A stretch of DNA of 63,957 bases from a virus (Duplodnaviria > Caudoviricetes). A program made the position numbers and the translations under genes. The notes beneath the pieces were generated by a model that was not told the DNA's origin, ran no database searches, and was given only the letters and a program-made list of their open reading frames with translations. The DNA lies in IMG/VR virus record IMGVR_UViG_3300028025_006013, positions 1 to 63,957 of that record; one strand, 5' to 3'. Positions 40,149 to 47,385 of the stretch are shown here, piece by piece. How positions within the stretch are numbered: the first letter of the stretch is position 1; each line of letters starts with the position of its first letter.

Positions 40149-41080
40149 AAAAATATCTACTTTACCTATTTTTGCTCTTGCCCATCCCATGTTGGAGCCA
40201 AACCACCATTGCAACCCAGCAATTCTCATCGGTTGCACCATCTGGATGGTCATCCACCACCTCATCGTGGAATTTTGCATACAATGCAGCATCAACTGGC
40301 AATTCATTATCCGGTACATATTCAGCAAGATTGTCATCCGCATCCACGGGCAATGGCAAGTACATTTACATTCCAGTTGCAGTAATCACCGGAAACACAT
40401 ACAGAGTGAAATTCTACACAAAGCGGGCATGTGGTGTTACCGTTAACCTAAACGAGACAGCAAATCAAACCACACTCATAGCCACATCATCCGCAACCAA
40501 TGCCTCGTGTTCATCCAATTTTGGTTCGTGGTATATGTGGGAGGTGGATTTGTTTTCAACATATAGCGGAACCGCATATATTCAAATACTAATTGGCACT
40601 GTATATGGTGGGCCTACATCCGTGTATTTAGATGATGTAACCATCACATACACAGAACCCATATCGCTCCCAATTGAGCTACTGTATTTCAAAGCATATG
40701 GTAATCCAAAATTCAACCGAATCAAATGGTGTAGCGCAACCGAGACCATGAACTGGTATTTCACTGTGTACCGCAGTGAAGATGGAATGGTGTGGTTACC
40801 TATAGCAAAACAACCTGGTGCTGGAACTACATCCAATCAAACGTGCTATCAGCATGTAGATTATCGTGTATCGGATACAATTGTATACTACAAGTTAACC
40901 CAAACCGATTTCGATGGTAGCGAACACGAATGTGAAATAGTTTCACTATTTAACCCAATTTCCCCCAAACATATATCCTATGTAATTGACATTGAAGGGA
41001 GATACGTTGGCGAGGAATATGTGGGGTGGGTTATTGTTATTTATTCTGATTCATCTACTCATTTGATGTACCAAGAGTGA
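40145..41080 (+). CDS. Secreted protein resembling Bacteroidota T9SS cargo
   Basis: Signal peptide ending before Gln; LPIELLYF..W.SATE..N..F.V.RS.DG..W domain; CTD-like end (DIEGR...YSD). Confidence 0.6.
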   Translation: MKKYLLYLFLLLPIPCWSQTTIATQQFSSVAPSGWSSTTSSWNFAYNAASTGNSLSGTYSARLSSASTGNGKYIYIPVAVITGNTYRVKFYTKRACGVTVNLNETANQTTLIATSSATNASCSSNFGSWYMWEVDLFSTYSGTAYIQILIGTVYGGPTSVYLDDVTITYTEPISLPIELLYFKAYGNPKFNRIKWCSATETMNWYFTVYRSEDGMVWLPIAKQPGAGTTSNQTCYQHVDYRVSDTIVYYKLTQTDFDGSEHECEIVSLFNPISPKHISYVIDIEGRYVGEEYVGWVIVIYSDSSTHLMYQE

Positions 41081-41137
41081 AATATTTTTGCATGGTATGC
41101 GACTTTGATGGAATCCAGTAATATGTATGGGTGTAAT

Positions 41138-41210
41138 GGGGGTATAGCTCAGTTGGTAGAGCACTACACTTGCAATGTAGAAGTCGTGGATTCGAATTCC
41201 TCTACCTCCA
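41138..41210 (+). tRNA. tRNA-Ala(UGC)
   Basis: Cloverleaf GGGGGTA/TACCTCC-A with G3:U70; anticodon loop CT-TGC-AA; TTCGAAT T-loop; CCA not encoded. Confidence 0.93.
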
Positions 41211-41222
41211 CTCCATTTTGCG

Positions 41223-41268
41223 CAGAAGGTTTGAATTCTTTTCGGAGGGTTCGAACCTTTCTGTTTTT
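41223..41268 (+). terminator. Long hairpin/terminator after tRNA-Ala
   Basis: CAGAAGGTTTGAATTCT...AGGGTTCGAACCTTTCTG followed by a T-run. Confidence 0.7.
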
Positions 41269-41294
41269 CCACCATATTTATAATAAAACGCAAA

Positions 41295-41753
41295 ATGGAA
41301 ACAAAACATTGCCCTAAATGTGGCGAAACAAAAACAATCGATTTATTTCGCAACAACAAGAAACAACCAGACGGGTTGTATCGAATATGCAAAGCTTGCT
41401 GCAAGGCATACGAACAAAAAGCATACCGCAATAATCCCAAACGATATATCGAAAGGAGTGTAAAACGCATTCAATCCAACCGGGAATGGATAAACCAATA
41501 CAAACAAAATGCATCTTGTACCAGATGCAAAGAAGATAGGTGGTGGATCATTGATTTCCACCATATAAATCCAGCTGAAAAAGAATACACTATCAGTGAC
41601 ATAGCAGGGAGATTTCCATATGATATAATCATGAAAGAAATTGAGAAATGCATAACCCTATGCCGTAATTGTCATTACGAATTTCATCATTTGGAACGCA
41701 CGGAAAATATCAGTTTAGACGAATACTTAAACAACCAACAACATGGAAACTAA
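41295..41753 (+). CDS. Zn-finger HNH endonuclease 1
   Basis: CPKC..CKAC, CTRC, DFHH, LCRNCH motifs. Confidence 0.8.
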   Translation: METKHCPKCGETKTIDLFRNNKKQPDGLYRICKACCKAYEQKAYRNNPKRYIERSVKRIQSNREWINQYKQNASCTRCKEDRWWIIDFHHINPAEKEYTISDIAGRFPYDIIMKEIEKCITLCRNCHYEFHHLERTENISLDEYLNNQQHGN

Positions 41754-42201
41754 AACATGTCCCAAATGCAAGGAAACCAAACAGGTTGAATTGTTTTCCC
41801 GCAATAGACACAAAGAGGATGGCCTGCAACGAACATGTAAACAATGTATCCGAGAAGCCGGTATCAAATCATACAACAAAAACAAAAAATCCTATTTGTC
41901 ACGCGTATCAAAACACAATAAATCTATATTAGACAATGTGAACCAATACAAAGCTAACCAGACATGCCAAAAATGCGGAAACGACAAATACTATTTACTC
42001 GATTTCCACCATATTGACCCATCCATAAAAGATGATAATGTCAACACTATAGCCAGGACTAGAGGAAAGCAAGCACTATCGGACGAAATAGCAAAATGTA
42101 CCATACTATGCAAAAATTGCCACTCCGATTTCCACCACCTCGAACGTACATCCAGTATTACCATATTCGATTATTTACCTAATTTACCTCGAACTGTTTG
42201 A
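41743..42201 (+). CDS. Zn-finger HNH endonuclease 2
   Basis: Tandem paralog of 41295..41753; same length (152 aa) and motifs. Confidence 0.8.
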   Translation: METKTCPKCKETKQVELFSRNRHKEDGLQRTCKQCIREAGIKSYNKNKKSYLSRVSKHNKSILDNVNQYKANQTCQKCGNDKYYLLDFHHIDPSIKDDNVNTIARTRGKQALSDEIAKCTILCKNCHSDFHHLERTSSITIFDYLPNLPRTV

Positions 42202-42267
42202 TTCAGTTTGAACCTTTCCTTTTTTCACCATATTTATACTTGTAATAACTTTAAACAATTTAAAAAA

Positions 42268-43098
42268 ATGGGAATACTCATAAACGGACAAGTTGGATGG
42301 CGTAGCGCTACTGTGGTAGGAGCACCATCTGGGGGATGTGGTTATGCAGATACTGATGTATGTAATTTCATCACGGCTGCATCAATCACTGACACAACAC
42401 AAAAAAACGCAATTAATACCCTGGTAGCACAATTAAAAACATATGGTATATGGACGAAACTAAAAGCGGTTTATCCATTTGTAGGTGGGACTGCTTCAAG
42501 TCACAAATTTAACTTGAAAGACCCACGTGATTTGGATGCAGCGTATAGATTGACATTTAATGGTGGATGGACACATTCAAGCACTGGTGCTAAACCAAAT
42601 GGTACTACAGGATATGCAAATCCATATTACACAAATGTTACGGATAATTCGTCTATGTGGTATTATTCAAGAACTAATAATACAACTAATGGTCTTGAGA
42701 TGGGTGTATATAATAACCCATACTCAGACACTGCATTGATTGTATATTGGAATGGTGGCTCTAGCGGATATATTAGGGCATTATCCAATGGTTATTCTGG
42801 GTTAGACTGGGCTGCAACAACATCCCAAGGTTTTTATGGCGCAAATAGAACTTCATCTACATTAGCCAATTCTTGGCATAATGGTCTTAAAAAAGGTACG
42901 AATACAAATACATCATCACAAGACGCATTTACTAAAACATTATTTATTGGCGCATATAATAGTAATGCTGGTGCTACGTATTTTTCAAATAAAGAATCGG
43001 CATTTGCATCAATCGGAGATGGTTTAACTGACACTGACGCAGCTAACTTCTACACAGCAGTTCAAACATTCCAAACCACACTAGGCAGAGCAGTATAA
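42268..43098 (+). CDS. Virion-associated beta-rich protein, cassette copy 3
   Basis: Paralog of 45..893; start MGILINGQVGWRS. Confidence 0.65.
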   Translation: MGILINGQVGWRSATVVGAPSGGCGYADTDVCNFITAASITDTTQKNAINTLVAQLKTYGIWTKLKAVYPFVGGTASSHKFNLKDPRDLDAAYRLTFNGGWTHSSTGAKPNGTTGYANPYYTNVTDNSSMWYYSRTNNTTNGLEMGVYNNPYSDTALIVYWNGGSSGYIRALSNGYSGLDWAATTSQGFYGANRTSSTLANSWHNGLKKGTNTNTSSQDAFTKTLFIGAYNSNAGATYFSNKESAFASIGDGLTDTDAANFYTAVQTFQTTLGRAV

Positions 43099-43118
43099 CC
43101 CACTAAACATACACAACA

Positions 43119-43334
43119 ATGAAAGTAAGACAATTAACCGAAGAACAAAAAAATCAATTAGTTGGCCAAACATACGATGGTGTACAATTTTTCAACCCAA
43201 CACTTGACGCGAACGGTGTATGGTTCATTTCAAACGAGGAAGTAAACAACTGTACACATCAAGGCGTTACCGAATGGATACATGACCTACCTGAAATCGA
43301 CTACAACCCAGTAGTAAGCGAATTACCATTCTAA
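43119..43334 (+). CDS. Small partner protein, cassette copy 3
   Basis: Near-identical to 915..1133. Confidence 0.75.
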   Translation: MKVRQLTEEQKNQLVGQTYDGVQFFNPTLDANGVWFISNEEVNNCTHQGVTEWIHDLPEIDYNPVVSELPF

Positions 43335-43358
43335 CCCACACTACATTTCAAAAAAACA

Positions 43359-43390
43359 TTTGGCTCCGCAAGGAGCCATTTGTATGTTTA
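43359..43390 (+). promoter_or_regulatory. Hairpin-containing TTG-N20-TAnnTTT promoter/terminator element
   Basis: TTTGGCTCC-GCAA-GGAGCCATTTGTATGTTT; near-identical copy at 52165. Confidence 0.75.
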
Positions 43391-43414
43391 CACATAATTT
43401 AAAATAAAACATTT

Positions 43415-43561
43415 ATGTCAAAATCAACAACAAGACAACGAGTAGAAACATTGCAAGGATGGTTAGCATTCATCACCCGCAACACACCTAAAAAAACAAC
43501 CCGCGTATCACACGAGAGTAAACCATCGCTAGATCAAATCATGCGCGAACACAACAAGTAA
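43415..43561 (+). CDS. Small hypothetical protein (48 aa)
   Basis: Translated by eye (MSKSTTRQRVETLQGW...); fills the gap between the promoter and the AlaRS gene. Confidence 0.55.
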   Translation: MSKSTTRQRVETLQGWLAFITRNTPKKTTRVSHESKPSLDQIMREHNK

Positions 43562-43567
43562 ACCACA

Positions 43568-44410
43568 ATGAAAGACATCCGCACACTATACCAACAGTAC
43601 TGCGAATCCCATTCAATCCCATTCAGACACGACAACAAAGTAAATCCATACGATGATACTACATTGTTTTGCCCAGCGGGAATGCAACAATTCAAACCGA
43701 AATTCAAAAACCCAGACAACACAACCATAGCAAACATACAATCGTGTATACGTTTGCAGGACATTGCGGAAATTGGAGACGGTACACATTTGTTGCATTT
43801 CAACATGCTTGGCTTGTTTTCATTCGGTGAAATGAACATGCAACAAGCGGTTGACTTTTGGATGGAATTCATTGAACGTGTACTCGAAATCAAAGTAGAC
43901 ACAATCACCATTCACCCCCACAAACTGGATGAGTGGAGACACATGTACGATGCGTATCCACACCTCAACATCACCACAGACGAGGAATGTATCTGGTCAG
44001 ATGGTGAGATGGGTGGCTACTGTACCGAATTTTATGTAAACGGGGTGGAAATAGGCAACATAGTTAACACGTTAGATCAATTCATAGATGTTGGATTCGG
44101 CATGGAGCGACTTGAGCTCATGGCAAATGGCGAACAAGTAAAGTCAGCGCTGGATACGCTGCGAGAAACAATCGAGCGCATCATCGACTCGGGCTACAAA
44201 CCTGGACCACAAAAGCAAGGGTACATTTTACGCAAATTGCTTCGTGAACTGTATGTACAGGGCGGAGAAATGGAGCACCCATTTTTCACCCAAGAGGTGG
44301 AACGTCAAGCGAAAGCAAAAGCGCGCTATGAGCGATTGGTAGTTAAACATCCAGGTATGCCAAAAGAGTGGTGGTTCGATACACATGGAGTAGATTTAGA
44401 TCTCTTGTAA
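43568..44410 (+). CDS. alaS: Minimal alanyl-tRNA synthetase (aminoacylation and acceptor-recognition domains only)
   Basis: DDTTLFCPAGMQQFK, QSCIR..D..EIG...H..F.MLG.FSFG, EIGNIV, DVGFGMER, G..P....GYILRKLLR and FDTHG match AlaRS signatures; no editing or C-Ala domain. Confidence 0.88.
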   Translation: MKDIRTLYQQYCESHSIPFRHDNKVNPYDDTTLFCPAGMQQFKPKFKNPDNTTIANIQSCIRLQDIAEIGDGTHLLHFNMLGLFSFGEMNMQQAVDFWMEFIERVLEIKVDTITIHPHKLDEWRHMYDAYPHLNITTDEECIWSDGEMGGYCTEFYVNGVEIGNIVNTLDQFIDVGFGMERLELMANGEQVKSALDTLRETIERIIDSGYKPGPQKQGYILRKLLRELYVQGGEMEHPFFTQEVERQAKAKARYERLVVKHPGMPKEWWFDTHGVDLDLL

Positions 44411-44624
44411 AAAAACGTGATTGCCACATATGTATGTCGTATATTGGTTGAAAACGCATTTAAAACATTAGCCCGAAGTACAAGGGAACGTAAGCAGCGC
44501 AAGGCGGTCATTTAGGTGAGTAAAACGAAATTGAGGTATCCTCATTCACCGCACACTCGGCTCCAAAACGTATGTTGGCACAAGTTTGTATGTTTTAGTG
44601 GTGCTCTCAGCAAAACATACACAT

Positions 44625-44696
44625 GCTCCGTTAGTGAAGCGGTTAACACGCTGCCCTTTCACGGCAGAAGCGCGGATTCGAATTCCGCACGGAGTA
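44625..44696 (+). tRNA. tRNA-Glu(UUC)
   Basis: GCTCCGT/ACGGAGT-A acceptor; CTGCC-CTTTCAC-GGCAG anticodon arm; GCGGA-TTCGAAT-TCCGC T-arm. Confidence 0.92.
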
Positions 44697-44700
44697 CAAA

Positions 44701-44935
44701 TAGTTCGTTGATTTATATTGGAAAACATGTAAGACCCAGGTTCGACTCCTGGCACGTCCACCACAAACCGACAATACATCACACATGGGCGTGTACTTGG
44801 ATTTGATTGCATGCGACGTACGGTATATTGAGAATTGTTTAACGCTTTAAACGGCAACCAAAACCATATGAGCATTGCTGCCTAGTAGGTAGTTTTACTC
44901 AAAGCATTTTACCCATTTGGCTTAGTTAAATGGGA
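44701..44935 (+). ncRNA. ssrA: Circularly permuted (two-piece) tmRNA
   Basis: Acceptor piece 44701-44763 (GAC-CCAGG-TTCGACT-CCTGG-CACGTCC-ACCA) precedes the coding piece starting at 44787 (GGGCGTG-TACTTGGATTTGA); G3:U70; tag GNQNHMSIAA* at 44853-44885. Confidence 0.88.
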
Positions 44936-44938
44936 ACT

Positions 44939-45025
44939 GGAAGGGTGGGTGAGTGGTTTAAACCAGAGCACTTGAAATGCTCCGAACTTGAGAAAGTTCC
45001 GCGGGTTCGAAACCCGCCCCTTCCT
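44939..45025 (+). tRNA. tRNA-Ser(UGA)
   Basis: GGAAGGG/CCCTTCC acceptor; GAGCA-CTTGAAA-TGCTC anticodon arm; long variable arm. Confidence 0.92.
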
Positions 45026-45031
45026 CTGAAC

Positions 45032-45245
45032 TATATAGTGTCTCGGTACGCTCTGATGTTATTTATTCATCAACGACGAGGTCCCGGTAGGCAGAACGCG
45101 TCTGATCCTACCCAAATTTATCCCCCCTGTCAATTCCATTTGGCAGGTTTAGATCCTGTGGTCACACCATCAGAACTGCTCACTGGACTTTCTCGTTGCA
45201 TGGGAAAGCAATGCGTCGCTCGAGCAACCATTGTATAACCGGCAC
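45032..45245 (+). ncRNA. Unidentified structured RNA (~210 nt)
   Basis: GC-elevated intergenic region with nested helices, closed by a long-range stem and followed by a terminator. Confidence 0.55.
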
Positions 45246-45248
45246 CGC

Positions 45249-45293
45249 CCCCAACCATACCCACAGACGTGCGGGTTTTTGGTTGGGGTTTTT
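45249..45293 (+). terminator. Terminator of the RNA operon
   Basis: CCCCAACCA...TGGTTGGGG-TTTTT. Confidence 0.8.
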
Positions 45294-45308
45294 AATTTAA
45301 TTCAATTT

Positions 45309-45407
45309 ATGGTATTGCTAATTTATTTCGGGTTTGTTGGTTTAGTGGTGGTGTTAGCCGCGCTAGTGAAAGAACTCATCGAACGAATCAAAAAACGCTT
45401 GTTTTAG
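45309..45407 (+). CDS. Small membrane peptide (32 aa)
   Basis: MVLLIYFGFVGLVVVLAALVKELIERIKKRLF translated by eye. Confidence 0.4.
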   Translation: MVLLIYFGFVGLVVVLAALVKELIERIKKRLF

Positions 45408-45448
45408 CAGATATCCATTCGTATATTGTGGTTATAATTTAAAACAAA

Positions 45449-45733
45449 ATGGTTATGAAACGAAACACACTCACCTATTTCTTGCTGTTTTTGCGCAGAA
45501 ATGGTTTCCTTTGCCGCATCCCACGCCGCAAACCATCCAAACTACTCATTTCCCACACTGTATACCCAGATGTGCAATTGTCTTCAATTGACACTGAAGT
45601 ACACATTTACCTGCAAAACAAGAAGTCATCCGCAAAAAATTGCGTATTCAACGTAATGACACGCTCTTGTGTGTGTGGTATATCACTGGACAAATTTGGA
45701 GAAAAAGGTTGCCCCAACAAAGCAAACAAGTAG
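45449..45733 (+). CDS. Hypothetical protein
   Basis: ORF after a CGTATATT promoter box and a GGTTATG start context. Confidence 0.45.
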   Translation: MVMKRNTLTYFLLFLRRNGFLCRIPRRKPSKLLISHTVYPDVQLSSIDTEVHIYLQNKKSSAKNCVFNVMTRSCVCGISLDKFGEKGCPNKANK

Positions 45734-45832
45734 AATATTTATACGTAAACATTTAGCTATATGGAGGCAACACAAATGGTACTAGCCGAATATTTGTTGA
45801 GCTATATAGCCAGACACCCAAACTAAACACGC

Positions 45833-46213
45833 ATGAAGGACAAAATACTACTTATCGACATTGACGGAACAATATGCTGCGATATACGCAACGAAGATTC
45901 GCATTTATTTCCAGAAGCCAAACCATACGATGGTGCAGTAGAGCACATTAACCGATGGTTTGAAAATGGCAACACAATCATATTCTTCACCGCACGTGAA
46001 GAAAAAGACCGCACCGTTACAATCCAGTGGCTGAACGACCATAATTTCAAATTCCATAATTTAATCATGGACAAGCCACGATGCAAAGACGGACAGGAAT
46101 ATGTGTGGATAGACAACAGACCTGTACGCGCGGTAACATACAAGGGCATGTGGGGCGAATTTGTACCACAAACGCACATGATCATGACCTTTGGGAACAT
46201 ATCAAGTAACTAA
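45833..46213 (+). CDS. HAD-superfamily phosphatase (PNK-phosphatase-like)
   Basis: DIDGT, FFTAR, MDKP, WIDN motifs. Confidence 0.85.
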   Translation: MKDKILLIDIDGTICCDIRNEDSHLFPEAKPYDGAVEHINRWFENGNTIIFFTAREEKDRTVTIQWLNDHNFKFHNLIMDKPRCKDGQEYVWIDNRPVRAVTYKGMWGEFVPQTHMIMTFGNISSN

Positions 46214-46228
46214 TAAACCCAACATAAT

Positions 46229-46564
46229 ATGAAATCAGTTTTGAACAAGGAAAACGTTGTATCAACGTTAAACAAGGTAAAGCAATATGTCATTATTGCC
46301 GTTGCATTAACAATTGGATTTTTCGTGGGTAATTACACTCACAAAATCGAATTAAACACCAAGATGTCAAAAGACATATACCGCGATAACCCATATCGCA
46401 ATATGCGTTCTACAAAGGATATTTCCATTGCTGTAGATGAACACAACGAATTGTTGTTAATCAATAAGCAAACCGGCAAATATCAAGTGTACTCAGACTC
46501 AATTGGAATGTGTATATTCAGGATGTACTCGTACCGAATTTACCAAAAAGCAACACAACAATGA
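46229..46564 (+). CDS. Hypothetical membrane-anchored protein
   Basis: One TM segment. Confidence 0.6.
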   Translation: MKSVLNKENVVSTLNKVKQYVIIAVALTIGFFVGNYTHKIELNTKMSKDIYRDNPYRNMRSTKDISIAVDEHNELLLINKQTGKYQVYSDSIGMCIFRMYSYRIYQKATQQ

Positions 46565-47085
46565 AACCAATCAAATTTTTACTAGTGGCCACCATAGTTA
46601 TGGTGGTACTGGTAGCATTCAGGAAACCCCATCCGGCGGATTCAACCCAAACCACCCCACCACCATCCAGTAAACCACAAACACACAAAGATCCACCGTG
46701 CCTTCAAATGTACTACCATATTGAACGATACGCTGATTCATTCAGAATACCGAAGCGATTCGCATACGGTATTGCATATAGTGAAACACGATACGAGGGT
46801 CCATTCCACTGGGAATACAACCATGCAAAATCATCCGGTTCGGGTGCATATGGTCCCATGCAAATATTGCTCTCAACAGCATATAGTGTAAACCGGGAGA
46901 GGGTAACCGTACATAAACTACGCAACGACATTGGATACAATGTGATGACCTCAATGAAATTGTTGCGCAAATTGCACAACAAGTACGGAGACTGGAAAAC
47001 CACATTTGGTGCATACAATTGTGGCTATCCTTGTGTAAATGGATATGCAGTTAAAATATACAATCACAGAATACAATGGAAGTAA
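46561..47085 (+). CDS. Lytic transglycosylase (SLT-like)
   Basis: Signal anchor; IAYSET (catalytic Glu), GAYGPMQI, AYN.G motifs. Confidence 0.8.
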   Translation: MKPIKFLLVATIVMVVLVAFRKPHPADSTQTTPPPSSKPQTHKDPPCLQMYYHIERYADSFRIPKRFAYGIAYSETRYEGPFHWEYNHAKSSGSGAYGPMQILLSTAYSVNRERVTVHKLRNDIGYNVMTSMKLLRKLHNKYGDWKTTFGAYNCGYPCVNGYAVKIYNHRIQWK

Positions 47086-47330
47086 AAAAAGTAATATGCG
47101 TAGATGACAGTAATCTACCAGAGGGAGCGTACCTCATGTTTGACATGGAATACGAAGTGGAACACGAATACGTGAACGCGTTAGATCAGCGAGTATACAT
47201 TATTAAAGGCGCAGTAAACGAGGGAACCACCAAGTGGGGCATGCGCTGGATAGGCTATCGAGCAGATCGCTTCAGATGCGTTGAATACGATTACGCGGAA
47301 AGTTACGAACACAATTACGCATTAAATTAA
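47076..47330 (+). CDS. Hypothetical protein
   Basis: 84-aa ORF (KVICVDD...Y.V...Y.ADRF). Confidence 0.55.
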   Translation: MEVKKVICVDDSNLPEGAYLMFDMEYEVEHEYVNALDQRVYIIKGAVNEGTTKWGMRWIGYRADRFRCVEYDYAESYEHNYALN

Positions 47331-47385
47331 AAAACCTAGGCTCCGTTACGGAGCCTTTGTATATTCAATTAAAAATCAAAGTTAT

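Noticed and set aside
45-43334. Diversity-generating retroelement (TR/VR) explaining the paralogous cassettes
   Set aside because: No reverse transcriptase in the window, and differences between copies are not adenine-specific; many are synonymous.
44731-44763. Isolated tRNA 3' half as an attP site or pseudo-tRNA
   Set aside because: Its complementary 5' strand and a tag ORF follow immediately, so it is better explained as a permuted tmRNA; no integrase in the window.
44939-45025. Suppressor tRNA or stop-codon recoding
   Set aside because: Anticodon UGA reads UCA (Ser). Genes are intact in code 11, and TAA, TAG and TGA all serve as stops.
45050-45210. Hammerhead, RNase P or SRP identity for the ncRNA candidate
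   Set aside because: CTGATG is not followed by A, and the RNase P (GAGGAAAGTCC) and SRP core motifs are absent.
44516-45238. ORFs 44516..44806, 44546..44875 and 44930..45238 (also 41105..41317)
   Set aside because: They overlap tRNA/tmRNA genes and have no recognisable protein features.
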